IMG/VR virus record: IMGVR_UViG_3300042514_001345
Origin: a virus
Taxonomy: Duplodnaviria > Heunggongvirae > Uroviricota > Caudoviricetes
DNA length: 64,000 nucleotides
Reading direction: 5' to 3' (one strand)
Shown here: positions 29,613-40,800 of the stretch, piece by piece
Layout of the letters: each line of letters begins with the position of its first letter
Numbering within the stretch: position 1 is the stretch's first letter
Notes under the pieces: model-generated
Seen by the model: only the letters and a program-made list of their open reading frames with translations
What the model was told of the DNA's origin: nothing
Database searches by the model: none
Translations under genes and position numbers: made by a program

Positions 29613-29624
29613 TATTTATATTAG
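29613..29624 (+). promoter_or_regulatory. Composite promoter TATTTATATTAG
   Basis: Same 12-mer as 18886-18897; ends 1 nt before ATG 29626. Confidence 0.55.
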
Positions 29625-29625
29625 T

Positions 29626-32600
29626 ATGGTTCAAAAACATAGAATTTTAACAAATGTTGGGAAGGATAAATTGGTTACTGTTGAATTACAACAGAAATTC
29701 GATTTATTAGAGATACTTTCATTAAAATTTACTCAACAAGACACTTACGCATCATTGTGCGCCGACTATGGCGTTGTTTGTGGTAGAATATCAGTAAACA
29801 ACGGATTTGGTGTTCCTAATGCTAGAGTATCCATATTTGTTCCATTAGCCCAAGAAGACGAAGATGACCCAGTGGTATCAGCTTTATACCCATTTAAATC
29901 AGCACAAGATAAAAATGAGAACGGATATCGCTATAATCTACTTCCAGCAAGAAAACAACACGGCGGTCATGAACCAACAGGAACATTTCCAGACCAGACA
30001 GATATTTTAACAAGAGAAGAAGTTCTAGAGGTATATGAGAAATATTACAAATATACTGTTAAAACAAATACTTCAGGCGATTTTATGATTTGGGGGGTAC
30101 CCCTAGGTGAACAAACAATACATGTGGATGTTGATTTATCTGACATTGGTTGCTTCTCATTACGCCCAGATGATTTTTTAAGGAATGGTTATGGGGTTGA
30201 CCAATTTAAGTCAACATATCAGTTTAAACCAAGCGTAGATTTAGATTCACTACCACAAGTCGTTTCTTTTGATAGAACCGTTGAAGTTCACCCTTTCTGG
30301 GGAAATGTCGAACTATGCACTTTAGGAATTACTAGAAGCGACTTTGATTTGTCTAGTCAAGGGGTTAAAATACAACCAAAAGCATTTGTTATTGGTGGTT
30401 TATTTACTGACAAGGATAGTAATGCAATTAATAAGAATTGCCAACCAAGAAGACAAATGGGTAGAAAGTGTGATTTGGTAACAGTTAATTCCACTATCGA
30501 ATCAATTAGATTTACAACACAGAGAGATTCAAGTAATCGACCAATATTAGAACTTATTGAAACAAAAGAAGATATTGACGAAAGTGGTTCATTCGTAATG
30601 CCAATTGAAATGAATATGGACTATGTCTATACAAATGAATTTGGTGAAAACGAGTTTACAAATGACCCAAACAAAGGTATTCCAACGTCAGCCATTTATA
30701 GAATGCGAATGTCTGTTAAGAACGAAACATTGGGTAGGGTTAGAACAACCGCAAGTTATCTTTTACCAAACATTAAAGAGTATAGTAACGACCAAATGAA
30801 ATCGTATGCGTGGTCAACCGAATATTCGGATTACCCCGCATCTGCTATGGGCGACATATTAAACAATGTCGACGGGTTTAATTACCCACAAGATTATTTC
30901 TATAGATTTTCATATAATAAAGTTTATACTGTTTCATCTTTTCAAAGTTCATATTTTAGAAACGTACCATTCTCAACTGATAATTTCTTAGCAATTAAAG
31001 AAATTGTTCCAAGTGAAGAAGAAGATTGTACAAGTTCAGCAAATACATTCCCAGTTAACTTTGGTACTAAAAATGTAACTTTCACATTATTAATTGCTGA
31101 GGTTCTATTATTTTTAGAACATTTAATAAATCTATTAACATTGACGTTTACAAATTCTTTAGTGCGTTTATTATTTACAATTGGGGATGGTGCAGATTTT
31201 AGACCTATTAGACAATTAGCCAAAAGTATTAAAAAGGCAGCATTTAGAGCACAAGAAAATGGTCAAAGACGTTTATATCTAATAAACTATCCAGAATGTG
31301 AGGAATGTAACGGTGATGACACTTATGGCTCTGTTGTAAGCGGTACTGGAACTAGTAGTGATTATTGTTCAGTTGGTAGTGTAACAATAACTGGAGATTA
31401 TTTAGAAAATAGTAGAACGTTAAATGTGACATCATTAACATTTGCACCATCGTCAACAGGTAATTGTTCTGGCGAAGATTTAGATGCCTTAGGCGCCGCA
31501 TTAATTTCTGGCGGTACAGGTATTCTTTATTTTATAAATAATCAGTCAAATTATCTATTATCTAGTGTGACTTATGGAAACCAAAATTTAACCAATCAAT
31601 TTTCGGGAACACCTGTTTTAGATATTAGCGGTAATACTATTAGTTATAGCAATATAACATTTGAAGATATAGAAGCATCATTAGGTGAACCAATATCATA
31701 CACATTAACAATTAGAAGCGCAACAGAAAAAGAAGGTACAGACACATCAACATTAGTTCAATTAGAATCTGGTTGTGAATTATATGATACACCATATGAT
31801 GAAAGTATTGTTAGCTGGTATTATCCAACAACCGGTTACACTAATTACAGTCAATCGGGTGTAATATCACCAGCAAGTTATAATGCTGGTACAACATCAG
31901 TTGTTGCAACAAACATTACCAATACCGGATATGGTGCAACAACAGATGCTTATACTTCAACACTTTCAGGTACAGACGATATTATTTTTTATCCTAGTTC
32001 AGGTGTTCCATTAGTTACATCTTTTGGTGGTGATTCCTATGAAAAATTTACCCGTAGTGGTATGTCTGAATTTGAAAATGGTGTTTTCACCATTGTCCCT
32101 GGATCCCAATCAACAAAAAGGGTTTGGGAGATACTGAGAGAATATCGAAGAAGAAAACGTGTTGGTAAACTTTTTTGTGGTGGTATCGTAAATTATTCAT
32201 TTGTTGATAACTGGTTATCTGGTTCGTTATATTTCTTTGCATTTAAAGCTAAGAATAAAACATCAACAGATGCTGATTATTGTAAAGATATTATAAAATG
32301 GGCGCCAGATCAAAATATATTTTATTACAGATCATGCCCGTATAATCCTAGTACAAGTGCTTGGGGGGCAGGCGCTAGTTTATTTTTTACCAAAAAAAGA
32401 ATTAATCGCCCAACAACATTTGTTGATTTAGGTCCTAGAGATGAATTCATTAAAGAAATTTGCACTGACCCAAATTTAGACCCAAACTGTTCTGTTAGTA
32501 GACAGATTGGTCCAACATCATATAAAAATTTTGGTGAACTGTTAGGGTTGGCAATTAACTATAGAATGGATGTTAGTAACAATGAACATGATATTAATAA

Positions 32601-33501
32601 TTTTTTTGATAATGAAGGATTTAAAGTAAACGGTATTAATAAGGTGTTGGATGGTGATATTATGCAATTAATATCCATTAATAATGAAGTTGGTATTGAA
32701 CCATTTGATTTACAAAGCCCAAAATATCTTGGGTATTCATATCAAGTATTAGATCCAGATGTATACCCTAGTGTGTTTAAAAACGGAACAAATGTGTATG
32801 GACCATTACCAGTAACTTTTGAATTTGCTGAAGATGGCGAAAGACAAAGAGCTTGTTTAAATGAACCAACACATATTGCAAATGATGGTTTAACACTTGT
32901 GCAGGGTAGATTGACAGAATCGGCTCAACCAGTACCATTTTATTTATGGGAAAAAGGCGGAACCGGATTTGGACCACATAATGAAACAACGTTAGATAAT
33001 CAACGATGGGATTATGGAAATGTTCAAGTACAACCTTTACAAGGAATGACTTATGGCTATAATTTAACATCGGCGGCGGATGATTCTTCTGACAAATATC
33101 TGTTATTACCAATGACATATACATTCTCTGGTTTAACTATTGGTGGTATTGATGTAACAACAACAGTTGAATTTGATGTGGTATCGTCATCTGATGGTCA
33201 CGCATCATATGATGGTGAGTATCCAGGATTTACTTATCTATATTATACTAGTGGTACTCAAATAGAACCAACAGCAGGAACACTATACACTAGATATGGT
33301 ACCGCTGGAACTTGGAATCAAGTTACTTGGGATGCTTCTATGGATTTTATAATTAGAAAAACACAAGATTATTATAGTAGTTCAAAACAGATTTTATCAA
33401 CACCATTTTTATTTTATTTCGGTTTAAGACCAGGCAAAACCGGCTTGGATAAGTTTATTGAAAGATTTGGTCCGAAAGGAGCATTCCCATCAGCAGAATA
33501 A
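29626..33501 (+). CDS. Large virion structural protein (baseplate region; carboxypeptidase-regulatory-like N-terminal beta domain)
   Basis: GVVCGRISVNNGFGVPNARVSIF..TNTSGDFMIWGVPLGEQTIHVD; Cys- and Ser/Thr-rich; follows gp6. Confidence 0.6.
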   Translation: MVQKHRILTNVGKDKLVTVELQQKFDLLEILSLKFTQQDTYASLCADYGVVCGRISVNNGFGVPNARVSIFVPLAQEDEDDPVVSALYPFKSAQDKNENGYRYNLLPARKQHGGHEPTGTFPDQTDILTREEVLEVYEKYYKYTVKTNTSGDFMIWGVPLGEQTIHVDVDLSDIGCFSLRPDDFLRNGYGVDQFKSTYQFKPSVDLDSLPQVVSFDRTVEVHPFWGNVELCTLGITRSDFDLSSQGVKIQPKAFVIGGLFTDKDSNAINKNCQPRRQMGRKCDLVTVNSTIESIRFTTQRDSSNRPILELIETKEDIDESGSFVMPIEMNMDYVYTNEFGENEFTNDPNKGIPTSAIYRMRMSVKNETLGRVRTTASYLLPNIKEYSNDQMKSYAWSTEYSDYPASAMGDILNNVDGFNYPQDYFYRFSYNKVYTVSSFQSSYFRNVPFSTDNFLAIKEIVPSEEEDCTSSANTFPVNFGTKNVTFTLLIAEVLLFLEHLINLLTLTFTNSLVRLLFTIGDGADFRPIRQLAKSIKKAAFRAQENGQRRLYLINYPECEECNGDDTYGSVVSGTGTSSDYCSVGSVTITGDYLENSRTLNVTSLTFAPSSTGNCSGEDLDALGAALISGGTGILYFINNQSNYLLSSVTYGNQNLTNQFSGTPVLDISGNTISYSNITFEDIEASLGEPISYTLTIRSATEKEGTDTSTLVQLESGCELYDTPYDESIVSWYYPTTGYTNYSQSGVISPASYNAGTTSVVATNITNTGYGATTDAYTSTLSGTDDIIFYPSSGVPLVTSFGGDSYEKFTRSGMSEFENGVFTIVPGSQSTKRVWEILREYRRRKRVGKLFCGGIVNYSFVDNWLSGSLYFFAFKAKNKTSTDADYCKDIIKWAPDQNIFYYRSCPYNPSTSAWGAGASLFFTKKRINRPTTFVDLGPRDEFIKEICTDPNLDPNCSVSRQIGPTSYKNFGELLGLAINYRMDVSNNEHDINNFFDNEGFKVNGINKVLDGDIMQLISINNEVGIEPFDLQSPKYLGYSYQVLDPDVYPSVFKNGTNVYGPLPVTFEFAEDGERQRACLNEPTHIANDGLTLVQGRLTESAQPVPFYLWEKGGTGFGPHNETTLDNQRWDYGNVQVQPLQGMTYGYNLTSAADDSSDKYLLLPMTYTFSGLTIGGIDVTTTVEFDVVSSSDGHASYDGEYPGFTYLYYTSGTQIEPTAGTLYTRYGTAGTWNQVTWDASMDFIIRKTQDYYSSSKQILSTPFLFYFGLRPGKTGLDKFIERFGPKGAFPSAE

Positions 33502-35246
33502 TGGAAAAGAGACAAATTATATTACCAGAAAAGGAATACGCTAAAGCGCCAGAAAAAGATTTGGTGACTAAAATTGGTTTGAATACATCTGAAGAATTGT
33601 TAAGAGAAGGTGACAAAACAATATTATTGGATGTTCAAGAATTATTTGGTGAGGAGAGAAACGAAAGTCCTAAGTATAAAATATATGGTAAATTAAAAAT
33701 GATTTTTAGAAATCTATATTCTGGAACAACAGGATATGCAAAATTACAAAAGTCGTTATATCTAAATGGTGACGGAGCAACTGGTGCACAAAATGAAGGT
33801 TACTTACCATATGATGAATTTGCTTTTTTAAGACGTGATTTATTGCGTGAAGTCATAACAGAGCCAGATGTAAATGCTGGAACTATGGGCACGTATAGTG
33901 GTTATGGCGTTAGCGTTACAGGAAACAATAACCATGCGTCAATATCAACTATGGACGCACCATACCATAACTGGAATTTATATCTTAGTTATGTTTATGG
34001 TTCTGACCCCGAATACCCTATTGCGTATACATTAACCGGCGGGGTAAAAACACCAAGTGGAAATAAAGCTAAACACGGAATACCGGCAAGAGTAACCGAT
34101 AAAGGAAGTTATTATAAGTTAACAACACCAGTTCCTCACGGAATTGAACAAAAAGAATTTGTGGTTATTAATGGTACAGCACATTCAATTAAAAGTATTG
34201 GTGACGAGGTTTATGAATCTGAAAAGTATGTTATTAATGTTGATAAAACAGAATTAAGTGGAACTACCATTAGTGGTGTGATTATGATTAAAAGATGTTT
34301 AAGTGATAACGACGTAACAGGAACAACTTGTTCGTATTATGTACATAAACATAAAACACTTACAGATAATTCAGCTTATATAATGGATAAGGCAGGATTT
34401 GAAACGCCAATATTTGAGGATGAAAAAAAATTATTATTTGAAAATAGCGCGCAAGAAAACGATGTGTTAGTTGAGAAAAATAGAATGGAGTCAGTGATAT
34501 TTGATTTTAGGGAACCATTTATTTTAACTGGTATTACTAACAATTTAGATTTTACACCAAGCGAAGTTTACTTGTCTGTTGTTTTTAAAAATGGCTCTGG
34601 ATATTTTGAATACCCACCAAAAGTGGGATATAAGTTTCACTTACATAATTCATGGGTTGATGAACACTTCAGCGGATCAACATCTAATGAAACCGGAATG
34701 TCTGGTCAAACATTTACAAGAACTCAAGGATCAGACACTTATACATTTAGTAGTGGAACAACATTACCAAAAGGCACTGTATTAATTGGTGCTTTTGTGG
34801 AATATGACCCAGTTAATTTAAAAGAAAGAATTATTAGTGAATCTTTACATAAAATCACTAACCCAGTTTCAATATTCGACTTTAATCAAGATGATTCTGT
34901 TTATTATGTGGGTAATAGCGCACAAAATAAAATGGGGTTATATTATCAACCACATTATAGAATTAAATTAAGACAACTTTCGCCATATATTGAAACTTCA
35001 AATACGGATAATATATATGATTTACCAGATAACGTACAATATTTTCCAAAAGAAGGTATTTGGAAATGGAGAGACGTTTATGACCACGGATATATCGATG
35101 ACGAAGGTAACGGAACAAATTTTCCATTTGTTAATGGTCAACATTATGTTATGCAAGATATTAATTTCTATATGAGAAATGAGAAGGAATATTTAAATAA
35201 AACAAATGGCATTAGAGCGTTTGGTAAAAAGAAAACTATCTGTTAA
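33501..35246 (+). CDS. Putative baseplate structural protein
   Basis: Coupled by TAATG overlap; beta-rich; repeated SGTT/TGTT. Confidence 0.6.
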   Translation: MEKRQIILPEKEYAKAPEKDLVTKIGLNTSEELLREGDKTILLDVQELFGEERNESPKYKIYGKLKMIFRNLYSGTTGYAKLQKSLYLNGDGATGAQNEGYLPYDEFAFLRRDLLREVITEPDVNAGTMGTYSGYGVSVTGNNNHASISTMDAPYHNWNLYLSYVYGSDPEYPIAYTLTGGVKTPSGNKAKHGIPARVTDKGSYYKLTTPVPHGIEQKEFVVINGTAHSIKSIGDEVYESEKYVINVDKTELSGTTISGVIMIKRCLSDNDVTGTTCSYYVHKHKTLTDNSAYIMDKAGFETPIFEDEKKLLFENSAQENDVLVEKNRMESVIFDFREPFILTGITNNLDFTPSEVYLSVVFKNGSGYFEYPPKVGYKFHLHNSWVDEHFSGSTSNETGMSGQTFTRTQGSDTYTFSSGTTLPKGTVLIGAFVEYDPVNLKERIISESLHKITNPVSIFDFNQDDSVYYVGNSAQNKMGLYYQPHYRIKLRQLSPYIETSNTDNIYDLPDNVQYFPKEGIWKWRDVYDHGYIDDEGNGTNFPFVNGQHYVMQDINFYMRNEKEYLNKTNGIRAFGKKKTIC

Positions 35247-36004
35247 TGAAAATTTTAAAAACAACTGATGATTTTTATTTAAACATTCCACAATCCGTTG
35301 ATTTCAAAACTAATGCTGGTTGGGAAGAAAACTTTGCTAGTTATGAAAAAGAAACGATGAAAAAAATTATCAATCAAGTTGATAACTACGAAACGACCAG
35401 ATACATACATGAACCATATTTAAATTCAGGAATCAATCAAAGCGATATTTGGTTTTACTTTTATTTTTTAGACGCTAATAATGGGTATTCAAATGGTTTA
35501 GATTATAATCTAGTTGGTATATCTCCAGAAGAGAATGCTATGTTATTAGCACATACTGTTAAGAGTTTCTTCAGAATAGAATTTTATAGCACACCAAAAA
35601 AGGAAACACAAAAATTAATATTTGCCAAAACATTATCATTACCATTAGGTCAAAAAGTATTCTATACCTCTTTAGGTGACTATATCCATGTTCCAGTTTT
35701 TACTGGTAACAATTACAGGAATAGTGAAAACATGTACTTCTTTTGGTTCCAAGATAATTCCGTTTATTCTGGTGACACTTTTTACATTTCAGCTAGATTT
35801 TTTAATGCTGAGGATGGTTCAATTTTAAGTTTTTCCAATAAAAATATTATTGGATCAGAATTAAATCAAGATGATGACTTGTATTATGAAGTGCAAACAG
35901 ATATGACAAATCATTCATATGTTATTTATGAGTATGATGGTTCAACTGGATCTAGAAAGGGTTTAAGAACAACACCAATAAATTTTTATGAAATACCAGA
36001 ATAA
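35246..36004 (+). CDS. Putative baseplate structural protein
   Basis: Translationally coupled, aromatic and beta-rich. Confidence 0.6.
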   Translation: MKILKTTDDFYLNIPQSVDFKTNAGWEENFASYEKETMKKIINQVDNYETTRYIHEPYLNSGINQSDIWFYFYFLDANNGYSNGLDYNLVGISPEENAMLLAHTVKSFFRIEFYSTPKKETQKLIFAKTLSLPLGQKVFYTSLGDYIHVPVFTGNNYRNSENMYFFWFQDNSVYSGDTFYISARFFNAEDGSILSFSNKNIIGSELNQDDDLYYEVQTDMTNHSYVIYEYDGSTGSRKGLRTTPINFYEIPE

Positions 36005-36919
36005 ATGAATAAAAATCAATTTCAAATATTACAAAATACCGGAAAAACATTCAATGTGCCAATATTTTTAGAGGCAGATTTGGACGAGATGGGGGTAATG
36101 GTGGAATTTGATGGCGAATTAGAACAAATTGAACAGCTATGCAATTTTACTTATTCTGGAAATGGTAATGCAATTACAGTTTATAATACCGGAAGCACAA
36201 ATAGGTTAAAAAAACTTGTTGAAGCCGAATTTACAGTTGATTGGGGTGACGGTGCATTGTTAACCGGATTTACATTACTATCAAATACATCACACACATA
36301 TACTAGTAGCGGTGAAAAAACAATAACAATAACAATGGATAGCCCCTGGGGTGTTCAAGAGGTTGAAAAAACAATACAGGTACCTTTGGTTAGCGGGTAT
36401 ACCGGCACAAATGCATTAGGAACACTAACGTTTGATGTACCATATACAAGCATTACTGGAGTTACACAAGATTATTTGAACGATTATGATTATGCTACCG
36501 GACATACGGGTACCACCACTTTCTTAGGTGTTGGAACTAGTAGAGTAGACGAATTAAAATTATATGGTTCAGGAAATTCATACAGTGGAATTACAACCGG
36601 AACAACAACAGTTGAAGGTGAAACATACGCATATACAGGATACACATTAGATGGATTACAATATAAAGATTTATCTGATGGTTCTACATATATTTCTGGG
36701 AACACGGCGTCATTTCAAATAGAATCAACAATAAACGCAATGTTAACCAGAAATGAACATTTTTTAGGGTTTATTGATGATCCTGTGATATATTCTGACA
36801 TTTTTGTTGAAAGAGGAAAGCAGGGTGTTTGCGAATATAACTTAAGATTAGGTGAAGTTGACAGTTTAGGTGAGTTAGAAGTGTATGGAAATGGATTTTT
36901 TACAGTAAGAAAACAATAA
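36005..36919 (+). CDS. Structural protein with a PKD-like domain
   Basis: FTVDWGDG..HTYTSSGEKTITI PKD signature. Confidence 0.65.
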   Translation: MNKNQFQILQNTGKTFNVPIFLEADLDEMGVMVEFDGELEQIEQLCNFTYSGNGNAITVYNTGSTNRLKKLVEAEFTVDWGDGALLTGFTLLSNTSHTYTSSGEKTITITMDSPWGVQEVEKTIQVPLVSGYTGTNALGTLTFDVPYTSITGVTQDYLNDYDYATGHTGTTTFLGVGTSRVDELKLYGSGNSYSGITTGTTTVEGETYAYTGYTLDGLQYKDLSDGSTYISGNTASFQIESTINAMLTRNEHFLGFIDDPVIYSDIFVERGKQGVCEYNLRLGEVDSLGELEVYGNGFFTVRKQ

Positions 36920-36925
36920 AAATTA

Positions 36926-36933
36926 TATTTATT
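36926..36933 (+). promoter_or_regulatory. Candidate late promoter TATTTATT
   Basis: 10 nt before ATG 36944. Confidence 0.55.
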
Positions 36934-36943
36934 ATTAAAACAC

Positions 36944-37849
36944 ATGGCAGTAGGATCATACGGAATAGTTAGACCAGCAGACGCATCACCAGAAGATGTT
37001 GAAATCATCTACCATTATGCGGCGACAAGGTCGACAGATTCCACCCCAATCTTGAAAAAATTATCTGCAACAGATATTTTAACTCCAGTATATCATAATG
37101 ATAGTACAGGTGCTTCAAATGGTGTTGAAGTTTTAGGTGGTATGTACAATCTAAAATTAGAATCATCAGATTTCACAGATATTGGAATATATACATTACA
37201 TATTAGACCTAAACAAATTAGAACATTAATAGCTGATTGTGGGGTTTTAGCGTCATTACCATCAGTTAGAGGTATTATTGTAGATTTAGGTAATATTGAA
37301 ACAGAGGATAGAAACAAGTTCACACCTCAAGGTCTAATTGGTCACAGAATTGAATATCTAGATGCTAATCACAAAAAAGTTCCTAATTTTTACCGAATAG
37401 TGACTTCTTCATTTTATTGTGAGCCAATCACATCTAATTTAACAAACTCGTCACAAAAAGCGATTCGTTATAGATACATTGATTCTGCTAGTAATTTAAT
37501 GTTTTTGACGGTGACACCATCATCGTCTCCAGCAAACAGACCGAATACAATACCTTTTATTGGTCAGCCAAACCAAGAAATAATCATTACAAATACATAC
37601 TTTAACCCAACAACAATTGAGGTTGAAATGGTTGAACATGATGCATCGACATTAGCACTTGCTCTTTATGGTAATCAAACTAAAGCAATTAATAGTGGTA
37701 TATACAGCATATACAATAAAGAAAATAATATATACAAACAATTTAATCTTTACGAAGTTAAAGACGAATTTAATGAAACATTATATGAAGTTCGTGAAGA
37801 GAGAACAACTATTGATGAATCTTTAAACTTTGATGATATTACAGAATAA
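36944..37849 (+). CDS. Putative virion structural protein
   Basis: Follows the late motif and is coupled to the next gene. Confidence 0.6.
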   Translation: MAVGSYGIVRPADASPEDVEIIYHYAATRSTDSTPILKKLSATDILTPVYHNDSTGASNGVEVLGGMYNLKLESSDFTDIGIYTLHIRPKQIRTLIADCGVLASLPSVRGIIVDLGNIETEDRNKFTPQGLIGHRIEYLDANHKKVPNFYRIVTSSFYCEPITSNLTNSSQKAIRYRYIDSASNLMFLTVTPSSSPANRPNTIPFIGQPNQEIIITNTYFNPTTIEVEMVEHDASTLALALYGNQTKAINSGIYSIYNKENNIYKQFNLYEVKDEFNETLYEVREERTTIDESLNFDDITE

Positions 37850-40800
37850 TGGCAAAATATAAGGTACCAAGTCAAGCAACGAGCGGAAATCAAACATTTT
37901 CCGACAGTATTATCGGTAGTCAAATTACCGATGGAACTAGTCAATTGACCAATACCAATTTTGCTTTAGATAAAATCATACCAGAAAAAGATTCAAAATC
38001 GTTTAAAACTGCGCCGTTTTCAGATTTTTTAACATTAGAAGATTTAAAAATTGAAACAGAATCACCAACAACTGTTACACAGTCAACAGGTGAAAAAAGA
38101 CCAATCAAATTTAATGATTCTAAAGCAGATGCCGGAAAATCATTATATGGTTCATTAAGAGAAAGATTTAGAGTTTCAACAGCTAGGATTATTAATAATT
38201 TCCCAGCAGCACTTTTAGCAGATAGTACATCACCTGTTGGTGTTAACAAAAACACCGCTGAAAATATTGTTTACAATATAATTACAAATAGAACTACGTT
38301 TACATTACAAACATCATTAATGTATAACCCATTAGATGTTGTTTTGGTTGAACCGACAGTTGTTGTTACTGGAGAAACGACAAATAGTATAAGAAATTTA
38401 TATTCAGCATATAAAAAATATGCCGTTGATGTTAACAACACAACTTATACTGTAACAAAATATACGGAGCCAGATGTTAATAATGTTGTTGGGTTCGAAG
38501 TTATTGGTAAGCCATTTACTGGTTCAACATATACAAGTTCATATTTAATTCGCCCAAATAATGGCGTTGTCGAAGAGTTTTATATAGGGTTAGACGATTT
38601 AGAACAAACAATTTTAAATAGAGAAACACTACCAATATATAAGACAACGTTTCAAATACCTAGAGATACTTCCGGCGGAACAAAAACCGAAATTATTCCA
38701 GTTGAAGTTAATTGGCCAGTATCTAAAGACGGTTGGAATATTAGAATTGTTGGTTTAGAATACCAAAACTATATTGACACTGTTAACTCAATTGCGATTG
38801 AGGTAGATGAGTACAAATCTGATTTAATAATTAGATTTCTATCATCACCACAATTATTTGAATTTGATACAGATGACCAAAAAACCAATAAAATTTTCCA
38901 ATTATATGGTCAAAATTTTGATAAGGTTAAAAAATATATTGACAACATTGCATACATGCGTAATGTTAGTTATGATACCATCAATAACATACCAGATGTA
39001 TTCTTAAAAAACTTAGCAAACACGTTAGGTTTTAATACAATTAATATGTTTGATGAGAAAACATTACAAGATCAAATATATAACGCTTCAATTCAAACAT
39101 ACGACGGGGTTTCAATAGGTAAAAACTTAGTTGAAGCAGAACTTGAATTTTATAGAAGAATTGTTGTTAACCTAGCACATATCTATAAATCTAAAGGTAC
39201 TAGAAGTAGTTTAGATTTCTTTTTAAGGTTTATAGGTGCACCACCACAAATGGTAAAAATTGATGAGTTCGTTTATAACGTTGAATCAAGTTTACCTAGT
39301 TCAACAATTGAGCAAGATATCTTTGATGTTATGCAAGGCAACAAAGTCAATAAAACGTTAACCTTTAACACTACTGGTTACACATATGACATTGTTGAAG
39401 AAACGGCATCAACATCATTTAGTTCTAGAACCGATTTCCCTGTTGATGAAAATACTGGGTTACCAATATCACCAACAACAAATGATGAGAACGTGTTCTT
39501 CCAAATGGGTTCTGGTTGGTATGAGGAAACATTAGACCATAGATCATATGATGTTTTAGATGAAGCTAATTCAATTACAACAGGTAGAACTAAAACATTA
39601 AAAACCAAATCTAGAGAATTCACATATGGTGAGGACTTCTACAATTATTATAGAACATTACCAGGATTAGATTACGGTTATGAATTAAGAAGTAGTATTG
39701 ATAATGTTAAAGGACAAATAGTCGACGATTTAGATGCAACTAATTTAATATTAAATAGAAAAAATATAAACGTTTTCGTATCATCTTCAAAAGCAATTGA
39801 TTATGATATTTGGAGAAAATCACAAAACTTAACATTATCTTTTGGCACACTAGATGTTCAAACCGAGATTAGTTTTGCTGAGTATCTTGATAACGTATTA
39901 AAAAATCATATTAGAAATTCTCATGTAATAAAATACAAAAAGAATTACATCGCATTAGAAGAAATCTATCGTGAATACATTTCACATTCTGGTTTTACAT
40001 CATACGATTTTGTTAGTGTTTATGAATTTGTTGACAAGATGGGTCCTTATTGGCCTAACATCTTAAATCAAATTATTCCAGCAACAACTTTATGGTTAGG
40101 TGGTAACTTAACAGAGAATAATGTTTTCGGTAGACCAAAATATCAATACGTTAAACCATGTACCCCAACAGAGTTTGTTGATAATTTATATCCTGAATTT
40201 GAAACAGCTATTGAAGAGGATTTAGAAACTTTAATCGGTACTGAATCAAATTTAAGAGGTTTATTAAAACTTACGGGGGTAACATACCATTTAATTGTTG
40301 ACGTTGACGGAGTAGAATATACTGGAGACACTAAAGTTAATTTAACCGGTACCACACTATTTGATCAATTCACACCAAAAACTGGTTGCACTTCATTTGT
40401 GTCTGGAACATCTTATGCTCCACTTATTTGTGACTTTAAAGAATGGATTGGTTTAGATATTTCGACCATAAAAGTTTCTTGGAAAAATGCTTTATCAGAT
40501 TTAATTGACCAGATTAATACAACACACACAAGAGATAGTGCAGGATGTATAACTGATTATATACCATATAGTGCAATTACATCAGGAGCAACATGTAATG
40601 TTGATTTACCAATATTATCTCATGAGTTTTTTGTTGACACTGACGGTATTGAAAAAGTTAAATTCTTTTCACAAAAAAACGCTGATGGTGTTTGTACAAA
40701 ACAAATTGATTTCTTCTTCTCTTCAGAATTTTTATATGAAGAGCCACCATGCATGCAAGTTTATGTTTCAACACCTTGCGACATATATGAAGAAGGTACC

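Noticed and set aside
1-37849. Bacterial eCIS/T6SS locus
   Set aside because: Tail genes are interleaved with phage replication, recombination and RNR genes under a phage-type promoter motif.
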